Assembly: GCA_905197595.1 (NCBI GenBank) | Contig: CAJJZM010000001.1 | Location: 2,592 to 66,591, forward strand | Source of the DNA: an uncultured Collinsella sp. | GTDB taxonomy: Bacteria > Actinomycetota > Coriobacteriia > Coriobacteriales > Coriobacteriaceae | Direction: 5' to 3' | DNA length: 64,000 bases | Shown here: piece by piece, positions 1 through 9,806 of the stretch | Numbering within the stretch: position 1 is the first letter of the stretch | How the letters are laid out: the number at the start of each line of letters is the position of its first letter | Translations under genes and position numbers: made by a program | Notes under the pieces: generated by a model | The model's database searches: none | What the model saw: only the letters and a program-made list of their open reading frames with translations | What the model was told of the DNA's origin: nothing

Positions 1-3000
1 GCGCTGTCGCGCGAGCGCGATACGTCCGGCTGGCACGTTTATCTCGATAACGACATTGAGCTCGACAGCGACGACATGAAAACCATCGTTGCAGACACCG
101 TTAAGCATCTGTCGTTTGGCAACAAGGAGCATCCGTTTAAGGGCGTGTTCGATGGTCAAAACCACGCCGTTGAGGGCCTGAACTACGATAAAGACGCTTT
201 TGACCCCGAGCGCGATACGGGATTTTTTGCCGAGACCAACGGCGCCACCATCAAAAACTTCCTGGTCAAGGACGCCAACGTGTGGGCGGACTTCCGCGGT
301 GGCATTATCGTGGGCAAGGCCGTCAAAACGCGTTTCGAAAACGTTATGGTCATGGAGAGCACGCTGCACGTGACCTGCGCCAACAATGCTCTCAACCTCA
401 TTACCAACGCAGGCTTTGAGGGCGGTCTCATCGCCGGCGAGCTCGACGGCTGCACCCTCTACAACTGCGAGGTCCGTGGCGGCCGTGCCGTCAACAATGC
501 GACCTCGGGCGTGCAGGCGCTCGGCGGTGAGGGTCTGTATATGGCGGCGTTTGCCGGCTACGTTAAGAACTCGACTATCGAGTACTGCCGCGTGACGCCG
601 ACGCGTAAGGACGACGGCTCGATTGCCGAGAAGGGCATGACCGACGTCACCAATAAGTACGACGTGGCCATTGGCGCCCTGGGCGGCAACAACGTGTACG
701 CCTCGGGTTTTGTGGGCTGCATGGCGGGCGAGGCCAAGATTATCGACTGCTTCTCGACGGCGCAGTGCTACAGCTATGCCGCGTCATATGTGGGCGTCGT
801 CGCCGTGACGCGTGCGTGGACGGGTGGCTTGGCGGGTCGTATTCTAACCGAAAAGGGCAACGAGCTCGTTCGAAGCCATTTTGCGGGTGACTTGAGCTCG
901 CGTCAGTACAATCCCATCGCCGTGATTCCCATCATTCAAAACGATGTGAACCTGGGCGGTATTGCCGCGCGTGCCAACAAGGATGATGCCACGGTCACCG
1001 AGTGCTACTTTAAGCCGAGCGTGAGCCTTTCTGGCAACAGCCAGGGCAACCCTGCTAAAAAGAAAATCCCCTCGTTTGGCGGCGATGGCACCACCAAGGG
1101 TGATGGCTATGGTCCATGGGATGACGAACGCTACACCACGCGCGAGCTGTGGGAAGAGCACGACTACGACTTCTGTGCCGGCACCATGCGCTCGACTGCT
1201 AACGACGGGACCCTGGATGGCCCGCACCCCAATGAGTGGGCGATGGATTACAAACTGAATATTCCCGTGCATGGCCAGAGCGTTAAGGCAACGACCGATT
1301 TTCCCGGTGCGGGCACCGCGACAATCGAGGCGACCAAACTTGGCAAAGACCAGGCGACCTCGGATCCGTACGCCTTTGCCGTGAGCGCCGTGCTGGCGGG
1401 AACGGCTCAGGGCCTTGCCACGGGCGATACGTCGGTAATGTTTAAGCAGGATACCTCCGCAACGCCTAAGGGGCTGAGCGAGGCGAACGGCGGCTACCGC
1501 TTTATGGGCTGGTTCCGCGAGCCCGATGTGCGTGTGAACCGAATTGGACAAGACAACAGCTGGTTTGACGGCAAGACCGATGCCGATGCTGTGGCTGCTG
1601 GCAAGCAGGTCCAGAAGAACGAGACGCACGAGAAAACGTCGACCTATACCGCCGATAATGCGAACGGGGCCGACGGTTTTAAGGGCAACGACCTGTTCAT
1701 CGCTTCGTACGAGGCGCAAGTGCTGTTCTATAACGTCAAGGGCAAAACGCTCGATTGGCAGAGCGGTGCTGCGCACGACAGGTCGGCGGATTGGTACCGC
1801 TATGGTGTTAGCCTGACGCCGGCTGCCCCTGCGGACCGCGGCGCTCTGTCTCCCAGCGCCACCTTTATCGGTTGGACGACGCAGCCGAGCGGCGAGGCCG
1901 GGATGCATGGCGGTTACGCGGCCATCACCTCGCCTAAGCTTGCCGAGCTAAAAAACGCCGGTGCGTTCTATCCTGCCGGCGCTGAGATCACTGTGCTTGG
2001 CCCTACCGATTTTTATCCGGTGTACACCGACTATGTGTCGAACATCATGACGGTGTTTGAGGGCAATGAGCAGGATGCAATCGACGATCAGACTCGGCGC
2101 GATGGTGTGGGCAAAACTGACGTTAAGGTTGAGACTGCCGAGGATGGCACCGGTGTGTACACGGTGCGGGTGTGCGACGTGGACAACAAGCCTTTATCAG
2201 AGGACGGTGCGCTGCCCGACGGCTACCGTTTCCTGGGCTGGTATGAAAACAAGGGAACCGAGGATGCCCCGCTTGAGGTGCGCGTAAGCCGCGATCCCAG
2301 CTATACGCTCCCCACCGATGTCGATTTAACCGCGCCGCATACCTACATCGCCCGCTTTGAGTACCGAGTGGATTATTACGTTCGGGCTTATACCAACCAT
2401 GAGTTTACGGACAGCAAGCTACTTTGTTCCGTTTGGAATCGCTATCAAACGCCCTTTGAGGAAAACGTCGGTAGTACCTTCGTGCGTGAAAACGTCGTCC
2501 ACTGGGGCCCGGAGCATGTTGACCACGGTATAAAGGATAGTTATGAAACGTGTGGCACGCGCTTCACGAAGGAAACCCTTGTCGTGAGTCCCCTTAACGC
2601 GTACTCGCACAACGTTAAAAACGATACGGGAGCCGATACTCTAAAAAACCTCTATGCCGATACCGATTTTCCAGGCGCTGCAACGCTAAGCGATACTTGG
2701 ACTTCGGCTTCGCTGAACGTAACGGTCAAACCGGTGAATGATCGCTATCGCCTGAATTTCTGGACGCTTGAGCGCGATGGTGAATATTGGACATATGTGA
2801 AAAATCCCATCGAGAGCATGGTGCGTACAGATAAGAAGTACTACGTTCGCGCGATGATTACCACGGACGTTAATTTCTACAACAAGGGCGATAATGTCGT
2901 GAGGACTGCCACGCGGCGCTATGAGAGTAACTTGCTGCAGACCAAGGTGAACGGGGCGGATCCGACGTTCACGTATTACTACCCGCATGTTAATAAGTCG

Positions 3001-5304
3001 GTTAAAGTGGCCGAAAAGCCAGAAGATGGTGAGAAGGGATCGTATGAGAGCCCCCTGACCCTCGAAGCTTCCCCGACCGATGCCGACATGGCCGTGCCGG
3101 GCTATAAGTTCCTGGGCTGGATTTCGACCGCCGAGGTTCAGAAGGATTCTGACGTCTGGAAGTATATCTACGACGTCGCCGGCGACTCTTATGTGACGAG
3201 TGATCCGGATAAGGCAGAGCCGTATCTGGCGACCGACGAGTCCAAGGTCACCCAGTGGCAGGATGCCTATCCCGTCTACGCAAAGTACGACGTCAGCTAC
3301 ACCACCAACCTGCATCGCGCAGGTTTTGAGGGTACGGACAAGGTCAATGTGCCTAGCTACAACATCGCTCCCGTTATCAACGCGGACATCAATCCTGCTA
3401 CGGCAACGGTGACCCCTGACGTTACGACGCCGGTTTATAAAGCAGGCGGTGAGCTGTATAAGTTGCAGAAGGTTGAGATCGAGCTTCCGAACGGCGAGAT
3501 CAAGACGCTTCCCTACGATGTGGAGCATGGTACTTGCTCTTATCCGGTGGAACCTGGCGGAGCCTATACATTCGTGGCGTACTATTCGCCGTTGGCGGTT
3601 GTGTACCACCTCAATGCCACGGATGTGGACGGCAAAGTTGCTCAGCAAGACGATATGCTCGGCAACCTTAATGGCGGCATCCCGAAGCCTACTTATGACG
3701 TCAGCACTATCGATGCGGATACAGGCAAGTTCGACGTCTTCGTGGGCTGGACGGAAGCCGAGCCGGCACCTGGCAAGGGCTATGTCGCTTGGTCAGAGGG
3801 CATCCGTATGGTGAGCGCTTCTACCGTGGTCAAGGCCCCCATGGAGCTGTACCCGGTCTACCGTCCCAGCCTGGTTACCGTTCAATCGAACATTGACTCT
3901 AAACTTGCGAATCCCGATCTTGTCCGTAGCCTCGGCCGCACTGATTCCGGCGACCAGATTTCTCTTGAGGTCAAGGCCGCCGAGGAGGTTGAGGGCACTG
4001 ACGGCACCAAGTACGACTTTGTCGGCTGGTCGCGCGATTATGTCAATGACGGGCAGTACACCCTGATGACTGACGATGAGAAGTATCCCCTCGAGGGCAG
4101 CGAGCCCTTTGAGAGCGTGACCTACACTGCGGTGTACAAGAAGACGCCGCTTAAAGTGCGCTATCACGACACCGAAGGCAACGTCATCTACACCGCTACG
4201 GTAGACCCGAACGATACGAGTGTTCTGCGTGGCCAGGATGGCAATGCCGGCTTTGTTCAGACAGTTAAGGTGCCCAAGATGGACGAGAACGGCAACCCGT
4301 CCTATGACGACAAGGGTGAACCCGTCATGGAGCCAAAGGAAGTGGCCTACGATCCCGAAGCCTACTCCGCAATCGTCGCATTCCTGGGCGAGCGAGCGGA
4401 TAGCAGCTTGAAGGAGTTGTTCTTGGAGTGGCAGTGGGTTAATGGCGACAAAGCTGTGGCGTGGAGCGACTTCAAGGGTAAACCGGTTACAGCCAACATG
4501 GATTTGTATCCGGTGACGTATAAGGTCGTCGCTAACGACACATCGGACGATGCGAGCCCTAAGAATGTGACCGGGCAGCTCAAGTGGTTGCTTGATCCCA
4601 ATGCCGCGAACACGATAGATGACAAGAGCGATAAGGCGCCGTTCAAGGCTTGCTTTGCAAAGCCCTTCATGGGCACGCAACTGACGGTGCACGTTGACCG
4701 CGTGGGCTATGGTCTTCCTGGCCAGACTCCTGCGCCTGTCAACGGGAAGTATGTCTCGCTTTACAGTTCGGGTTCAGGCGAGGGCTCGTTTGAGCTGACG
4801 AATCGTTTGGACTACAAGCTCACGGGCGACGGCACTCAGAGCGATGGCAATGCGGTGTTCGATTTCGCCGCTACGCATACGCTCAAGATCGTCAAGCAAA
4901 CCCAGGATAGCTGGGCGAAGGGCAAGACGTTCCGCTTCAAGGTTTCCCGGGCCGGCATGGACGGCAACGCCTTGGAGGAGCGCACGGTTGAGGTAACGGT
5001 GTCATCGGATGCGCAGCTGAAGGACGGTTCCGCCTGGTACTCCGGCGCTATCGAGCTTGCGGTCCCGGCGGGTATCTACACCGTCGAGGAGGACTCAGCG
5101 TGGGCATGGCGCTACAGCAACCAAATCGGCGTCCCTGGCAAGCAGCCGGGCGATAAGGCGCAGGCGACTATCTCCGCTGCATCGAGCGCGAACGATGCCA
5201 CGTTCACCTGCACGAACACGCGTGTGAACGACAAATGGATCGACGGCAGCAATCGTGCCCATAACGTTTGGAGCAACGGCAACGTAGCAAAGAAGGAGGA
5301 TTAG
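1..5304 (+). CDS. Giant surface/secreted adhesin-like protein, 5' end outside the window. N-terminal Gly-rich beta-helix-like region, InlB-B/Listeria-Bacteroides-type repeats, C-terminal Ig/pilin-like domain
   Basis: Frame is open from base 1 through ATG 76 to TAG 5304. Repeated GY(R/K)F(L/M)GW and F(V/I)GW(T/S)...YPVY motifs. C-terminal LKIVK...FRFKV...YTVEE..WAWRY..TNTR. No LPXTG or TM anchor at the C-terminus. Confidence 0.75.
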   Translation, partial: ALSRERDTSGWHVYLDNDIELDSDDMKTIVADTVKHLSFGNKEHPFKGVFDGQNHAVEGLNYDKDAFDPERDTGFFAETNGATIKNFLVKDANVWADFRGGIIVGKAVKTRFENVMVMESTLHVTCANNALNLITNAGFEGGLIAGELDGCTLYNCEVRGGRAVNNATSGVQALGGEGLYMAAFAGYVKNSTIEYCRVTPTRKDDGSIAEKGMTDVTNKYDVAIGALGGNNVYASGFVGCMAGEAKIIDCFSTAQCYSYAASYVGVVAVTRAWTGGLAGRILTEKGNELVRSHFAGDLSSRQYNPIAVIPIIQNDVNLGGIAARANKDDATVTECYFKPSVSLSGNSQGNPAKKKIPSFGGDGTTKGDGYGPWDDERYTTRELWEEHDYDFCAGTMRSTANDGTLDGPHPNEWAMDYKLNIPVHGQSVKATTDFPGAGTATIEATKLGKDQATSDPYAFAVSAVLAGTAQGLATGDTSVMFKQDTSATPKGLSEANGGYRFMGWFREPDVRVNRIGQDNSWFDGKTDADAVAAGKQVQKNETHEKTSTYTADNANGADGFKGNDLFIASYEAQVLFYNVKGKTLDWQSGAAHDRSADWYRYGVSLTPAAPADRGALSPSATFIGWTTQPSGEAGMHGGYAAITSPKLAELKNAGAFYPAGAEITVLGPTDFYPVYTDYVSNIMTVFEGNEQDAIDDQTRRDGVGKTDVKVETAEDGTGVYTVRVCDVDNKPLSEDGALPDGYRFLGWYENKGTEDAPLEVRVSRDPSYTLPTDVDLTAPHTYIARFEYRVDYYVRAYTNHEFTDSKLLCSVWNRYQTPFEENVGSTFVRENVVHWGPEHVDHGIKDSYETCGTRFTKETLVVSPLNAYSHNVKNDTGADTLKNLYADTDFPGAATLSDTWTSASLNVTVKPVNDRYRLNFWTLERDGEYWTYVKNPIESMVRTDKKYYVRAMITTDVNFYNKGDNVVRTATRRYESNLLQTKVNGADPTFTYYYPHVNKSVKVAEKPEDGEKGSYESPLTLEASPTDADMAVPGYKFLGWISTAEVQKDSDVWKYIYDVAGDSYVTSDPDKAEPYLATDESKVTQWQDAYPVYAKYDVSYTTNLHRAGFEGTDKVNVPSYNIAPVINADINPATATVTPDVTTPVYKAGGELYKLQKVEIELPNGEIKTLPYDVEHGTCSYPVEPGGAYTFVAYYSPLAVVYHLNATDVDGKVAQQDDMLGNLNGGIPKPTYDVSTIDADTGKFDVFVGWTEAEPAPGKGYVAWSEGIRMVSASTVVKAPMELYPVYRPSLVTVQSNIDSKLANPDLVRSLGRTDSGDQISLEVKAAEEVEGTDGTKYDFVGWSRDYVNDGQYTLMTDDEKYPLEGSEPFESVTYTAVYKKTPLKVRYHDTEGNVIYTATVDPNDTSVLRGQDGNAGFVQTVKVPKMDENGNPSYDDKGEPVMEPKEVAYDPEAYSAIVAFLGERADSSLKELFLEWQWVNGDKAVAWSDFKGKPVTANMDLYPVTYKVVANDTSDDASPKNVTGQLKWLLDPNAANTIDDKSDKAPFKACFAKPFMGTQLTVHVDRVGYGLPGQTPAPVNGKYVSLYSSGSGEGSFELTNRLDYKLTGDGTQSDGNAVFDFAATHTLKIVKQTQDSWAKGKTFRFKVSRAGMDGNALEERTVEVTVSSDAQLKDGSAWYSGAIELAVPAGIYTVEEDSAWAWRYSNQIGVPGKQPGDKAQATISAASSANDATFTCTNTRVNDKWIDGSNRAHNVWSNGNVAKKED

Positions 5305-5305
5305 C

Positions 5306-5887
5306 ATGTCCAAGCGCAAGCGCATCATCGCCTTGCTGGTGGGGGTTATCCTCCTGGCCGGTACGGCAGGCACGTTGGCCTGGCTTTCGGTTACGGGCGT
5401 GCTGGTCAACCAGTTCGGCATCGGGTCGGTGACGCCATCGGTTCAGGAAACGCTCAACGGCAATGTGAAAAGCGATGTCAAGGCGAAGAACACGGGTACT
5501 GCGCCCGCCTATATTCGTGCTGCAGTGGATATCTACTGGCAGGATGGAAACGGTGCCCGCCTGTGGGAGGAGCCGAAGGAGGAGCCGAAGGAGGAGGCGG
5601 ATTACGAGATTGCGTGGAGCGTGGCTGATGCCTCGGACACGAACTCGGCTGATAACTGGGTTAAGGCGAGCGACGGGTTCTATTACTGGACGTCGCCCGT
5701 TGCTCCCGGCGGTGAAACCGGCGTGCTCATTAATAGAGTTACCGAGCTCAAGGCAACCGAAGGTCGCAATCTTGTCGTGGATATCTCCACTCAGGCGGTC
5801 CAGGCGACGCCCGATGAGGCCGTGCACGACGCATGGGGTTGCTCGGTCGAGAATGACGTGCTGGTGCCGCCGCATGGAGGTGCGTAA
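5306..5887 (+). CDS. SipW-dependent signal peptide protein (TasA/BsaA-like fibre subunit)
   Basis: KRKR + hydrophobic core + GTLAWL...NQFGIG matches the SipW-class signal. KNTG..PAYIRA, DGFYYW..PVAPG and QAVQA motifs. GGAGG RBS lies just before the upstream gene's stop. Confidence 0.8.
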   Translation: MSKRKRIIALLVGVILLAGTAGTLAWLSVTGVLVNQFGIGSVTPSVQETLNGNVKSDVKAKNTGTAPAYIRAAVDIYWQDGNGARLWEEPKEEPKEEADYEIAWSVADASDTNSADNWVKASDGFYYWTSPVAPGGETGVLINRVTELKATEGRNLVVDISTQAVQATPDEAVHDAWGCSVENDVLVPPHGGA

Positions 5888-5889
5888 GT

Positions 5890-6588
5890 ATGGCGTTCCC
5901 GATTCGTAAAGGTGTTGCGCGCTCCTTGCGTTGCATGGTCGCGGCCATTTTCTGCGTGGTCGCGCTCGCTGTTCCCGCCCGTGCGTTTGCCGATACTCCC
6001 GCGATTGCCTATGACGGAAATGCGCGTCAGCTGACGGTCTCGGGGGCGACGGACTCCTCGGGGGAGCCCGATCTGTTTTTGGCCTTTAAAGATCTGATGC
6101 CTGGCGATGTGCGTGATCAGCAGATAGAGATTCGTGCCACGGGCGTAAAGTCCCAGGTGCGCGTGTTTGTGCGTGCCGTTGTCGATCACGAGACGGCACG
6201 CCTGCTGTCGCCCATTACCCTAACGGCGTCGGCGGGCGATGGCTCTGCAGGTTGGCTCCAGACAGGAACACCGGGCAGCGCGTTCGCTTATCCCACGCAA
6301 ATCGCCACGTTTACGAGCGATGGCAGCACGGTGCTTAATTTGCAGCTAAACGTTCCGACATCGGTGGGCAACGAGGTTGCCGACGCAAACAAGACCATTC
6401 GCTGGGAGATTACCGCCGAGGACGATGGCGAGAAGATTCCCGTGCAGTCTGCTGACAGCAAGAAGCCCGGCTTGCTTGGTCTGGCGGCAACGGGCGACAA
6501 CACGCTCACGTTGCTTTTGGTGTTGCTGACACTTGCAATCATCGCATTTATAGCCGCACTTCTTTTGTCCCGGAGGGATAAGCGCTAG
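5890..6588 (+). CDS. Sortase-anchored TasA/camelysin-like protein
   Basis: Sec signal ending AFA; DLF..FKDLMPGD motif; C-terminal LAATG + TM helix + RRDKR. Confidence 0.7.
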   Translation: MAFPIRKGVARSLRCMVAAIFCVVALAVPARAFADTPAIAYDGNARQLTVSGATDSSGEPDLFLAFKDLMPGDVRDQQIEIRATGVKSQVRVFVRAVVDHETARLLSPITLTASAGDGSAGWLQTGTPGSAFAYPTQIATFTSDGSTVLNLQLNVPTSVGNEVADANKTIRWEITAEDDGEKIPVQSADSKKPGLLGLAATGDNTLTLLLVLLTLAIIAFIAALLLSRRDKR

Positions 6589-6608
6589 GTTCATCTTCTA
6601 AACGCAAC

Positions 6609-6733
6609 GCCCTCCCGGGCGGCGGGCACGAAGTTCCCTGCTCTACAGTCCTGCGCAAGACGAAGGCCACATTAAGTGGCCTTCTTTGCGTGCGGAACTC
6701 GCGATGAACTTCGAGCCCGCCGCTCGGGAGGGC
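6609..6733. repeat. Hairpin element A, copy 1: 28-bp inverted arms around a ~77-bp core
   Basis: 6609-6636 vs 6706-6733 are reverse complements at 26/28. Inner stem GAAGGCCAC-attaa-GTGGCCTTC. Confidence 0.9.
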
Positions 6734-6763
6734 GCCCCTTTATTGACGGAAGGCCTAATAAGC

Positions 6764-7061
6764 GGATATTCCATGCCCGGATGTATTCAGAGCGGGACGG
6801 GCTTTCCGGATGGGCGGTGTTTCGGAAAGTGTGTCCCAGAATCGGCGCTCAGAGTGGTCCCCACTTTCCGGTTGATGTCTTGTCCGGAAACTATGTCCCG
6901 GAATTAAGGCTTGGAATGGGATGCACTTTCCGGTTGAGAGCCTTAGCGGAAAGTGCTACCCGGAATTTACTCTTGAAGTGGGATGCGCTTTCCCAACAGG
7001 CCCTCAAGCGGAAACTGCGTCCCATTCCGAAGGCAGATTCCGGGACACACTTTCCGAATAC
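6764..7061. repeat. Array of ~5 REP-like palindromic units with 62-bp period
   Basis: GGAAA(G/C)T..GTCCC...GGGA..CACTTTCC-type units start at 6824, 6886, 6948 and 7010, plus a degenerate one at 6764. The last unit is inverted. Confidence 0.85.
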
Positions 7062-7142
7062 AAAGAAGGCCACTTAATGTGGCCTTCAACTTATATATGT
7101 TCAGCGGATACCCCCATGACAAGCCGTGCTCCAACAACAAGG

Positions 7143-7272
7143 CGTCTGTCCGGGCGGAGGCATATAAGGTTCATCGCGAGTTCCGCACGCAAAGGAGGCC
7201 ACTTAATGTGGCCTCCGTCTTGCGCAGGACTGTCCGAGCAGGGAACCTTATATGCCTCCGCCCGGACAGACG
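7143..7272. repeat. Hairpin element A, copy 2 (inverted core, different 30-bp arms)
   Basis: 7143-7172 and 7243-7272 are a perfect 30-bp inverted repeat. Core 7169-7246 is nearly the reverse complement of 6633-6709. Confidence 0.9.
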
Positions 7273-7292
7273 TTTCAGTTATGAGCGACCCG

Positions 7293-9608
7293 CTACTTGA
7301 TCTTCGTCGTGCCCGGTGCCAGGTTGGGGTCGGTCTCGTTGGCCTCGGTCTGGAAGTGCTCGGTATACACGTTCTTGCCGTCGCGGAACATCTCGTAGTA
7401 CTGCATCTTGGCGTAATCCTCGCGTGCCTTGGTGGCGGCCGCGGCAGCGGCGTCGTCACCGGTGACGTTGGAGGAGAGCGCCCAGCGCAGGCTGGCGTTC
7501 TCGTAGCCGACCGAGTTGATGGCGGGCAGCGACTCGCGCAGTGTCATGTGCGCCTTCTGGTAGTCGGTCAGCGGTGCGCCGATCAGCTGCATGAGCTGGG
7601 TGGACAGGTAGTTGGTGGACAGGTCGTCGACCTCGCTCGTCTGGTCACAACCGGCAACGTCGTAGTTAGCCCAAATGATGTAGTCGGTCTGCCACAGGCG
7701 CTCCTGATGCGTAGCGTCGTCCTCGCCGGTAAACCACTTGTCATTGAACTTGGACGGGAAGAACGGCTGGTGGTCGCCCCAGAACACCACGACCACCTTG
7801 CGGTCGAGCTTGCTCAAGGCGTTAAGGAAGTAGCGAAGCGCCTGGTCGGACTGCTCGATGCACGAGACGTACTCGTCGACATCGGAGAGCGTGCCGTCCT
7901 CGACGGTCTTGGCGTCCAGGTCGGTCGTGTCGATGTTGAGATGCATCTGCTTGTCGACCGGCAGCAGGCCCGTGTCGTAGCCCGAGTGGTTCTGCATGGT
8001 CACATCAAAGATAAACTGCGGATCGGCGTTCTGGTCGAGCAGCTCAAGAATCTTGTCGTAGGTCGCCTGGTCGGTCACCATACCGCGCAGGGTGTCGGCG
8101 CCCTGGAAGTCGTTGATGGACAGGAACTGGTCAAAGCCAAAGTCCTTGTAGACGTTCTCGCGGTTCCAGTTGGTCGCGTGGTTGGGGTGCATGGCTGTGG
8201 TGGAATAGCCGAGCGATTTGAACTGCTCTGCCAGGTTCCCGGTCGTCTCCATGTTGTAGATGGTGTAGGGGTACACGCCCGAGCCCAGGTTGGCCATGGA
8301 GTTGCCGGTCATAAACTCAAACTCGGTATTGGCGGTACCGCCGCCGTAGGCACTCACGTAGAGCTTGCCGCGGCTGAGGCAGTTGGACAGGTTCTTAAAG
8401 TACTGCGGGCCCTCGTAGCCGGCGCGCATGTTCTGGTAGATGGATAGGTCCGAGAAGGTCTCGTTCATGATGGCGATGACCGTGGGCTTCTCGCTGTCGA
8501 ATTGCTCCTTTGCGGCGGCGCGCTCGTCACTCTTGGCCGCGTCGGACTTGTCGTAGGCCTTGGCGTACTTTTTGAGCGTGGCCTTGGCATCGTCGACGGA
8601 GTAGTCGGCGGGTTTGGGCGGCTTGATGGACTGTGCTGCACTAATAAAGGCAGGCAGATAGCCCTCGCGCCAGTAGCTCTCGAGCGGGCGCCAGGTGTAG
8701 ACGGTGATGCCGAGAGTGTTGTAGTAGTCGATGAGTGTGACATGCGCGGTCACGCCGCCCAGGCACAGCACTGCCACGAGCAGGTTGGTGAGCAGCATGC
8801 GCTTGGCGTTGGCGGCGCCCTTCTGACGGTGCGGTGCCACCAGGCCGGCGTACTCGCATAGCAGCATGGCGATGGCGGTAAAGCCCATGGACAGCACGCA
8901 GAACAGCGAGATGGAGAAGGTGTAGCCGTTGCCGGCGACCGCGGCGGCGGTGGAGATGGCCGAAAGGTCGCCCGGCTGGATGGGCATGGATTTAAACGTG
9001 ATGACGAAGAACTCGGCAATGCCCAGGACAAAGAGGGCAAAGGCCAGGACCGCGGGAGCTGCGCCGTGGCGCTGGAATAGGAAGAACAGGCCGGTCATGA
9101 GCACGGTGATGATGGCCCACTCGAGCAGGATGCACAGGGGGTAGACCCAGGTAAAGTCGTGGTTGGACGAGACCTCCATGCCCAGCAGCGCAAAGACGCC
9201 GGCGAGCAGCAGGCACAGGACGGCGGCGACGAGCGGTTTGCCCACAAAGGCGCCGCGCAGGCGGGCGAGCTTGCCAGTGGGGGCGGGAGCGTCGGCCGAG
9301 GCGAACGCAAAGACGCGCGGGGCGATGCGGTCGCGGGCGATGCTGGCCCAAGCGCAGCCGGTGAGGATGGCGTTGGTCAGGATGAGCATCACAAAGGCGA
9401 GCGGCTCGTTTTGCGCGACGAGACCAATAGCGCCCCAGACAGTCAAAAAGAGCTGGAACAGGCCAAAGGCGACGCTCCACCCAAGAGCGCTTTTAGCAAC
9501 GGTGCCCGACTGTGCGCGAATGGCCTTGGCCTCGCGCAAGACAAGGTAGACGGTCGCCGCAAGACCGACGAGCGAGATGGCGGCAGCGAACATGCTGAGA
9601 CTCCTCAC
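7293..9608 (-). CDS. LTA synthase (LtaS-like) sulfatase-fold membrane protein
   Basis: Multi-TM N-terminus; IMNETFSD, GGGTANTEFEFMTG, TMQNH and FWGDHQP motifs. Confidence 0.85.
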   Translation of the reverse strand: MRSLSMFAAAISLVGLAATVYLVLREAKAIRAQSGTVAKSALGWSVAFGLFQLFLTVWGAIGLVAQNEPLAFVMLILTNAILTGCAWASIARDRIAPRVFAFASADAPAPTGKLARLRGAFVGKPLVAAVLCLLLAGVFALLGMEVSSNHDFTWVYPLCILLEWAIITVLMTGLFFLFQRHGAAPAVLAFALFVLGIAEFFVITFKSMPIQPGDLSAISTAAAVAGNGYTFSISLFCVLSMGFTAIAMLLCEYAGLVAPHRQKGAANAKRMLLTNLLVAVLCLGGVTAHVTLIDYYNTLGITVYTWRPLESYWREGYLPAFISAAQSIKPPKPADYSVDDAKATLKKYAKAYDKSDAAKSDERAAAKEQFDSEKPTVIAIMNETFSDLSIYQNMRAGYEGPQYFKNLSNCLSRGKLYVSAYGGGTANTEFEFMTGNSMANLGSGVYPYTIYNMETTGNLAEQFKSLGYSTTAMHPNHATNWNRENVYKDFGFDQFLSINDFQGADTLRGMVTDQATYDKILELLDQNADPQFIFDVTMQNHSGYDTGLLPVDKQMHLNIDTTDLDAKTVEDGTLSDVDEYVSCIEQSDQALRYFLNALSKLDRKVVVVFWGDHQPFFPSKFNDKWFTGEDDATHQERLWQTDYIIWANYDVAGCDQTSEVDDLSTNYLSTQLMQLIGAPLTDYQKAHMTLRESLPAINSVGYENASLRWALSSNVTGDDAAAAAATKAREDYAKMQYYEMFRDGKNVYTEHFQTEANETDPNLAPGTTKIK

Positions 9609-9806
9609 AAACTAAAACCTACGAAAGCGGGGATTTACCCGATTGTTACCAAGATATGCGCAGCAATTGGTGGCTGCGCACAACAACCAGCCATATTAAC
9701 GCGCGCGTGTGGCGGTGTGGCGCAATGTAGTGGCGACCTGCGCGATAATGGACGGGAATTACACGGAAACGTAAAGGCTTCTTAAAGAAATGGCGAGGGT
9801 AGGGCG

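Noticed and set aside
5566..5600. 12-bp tandem repeat encoding EEPKEEPKEE
   Set aside because: In-frame micro-duplication in a probable loop; it cannot cause phase variation.
6764..7061. CRISPR array
   Set aside because: Units are degenerate and fully palindromic, the variable parts are only about 9-16 nt, the last unit is inverted, and there are no cas genes in the window.
6676..8447. ORFs 6676-7077 and 6921-8447 (+)
   Set aside because: They run through the palindromic repeats and antisense to the LTA synthase gene, with no recognisable motifs.
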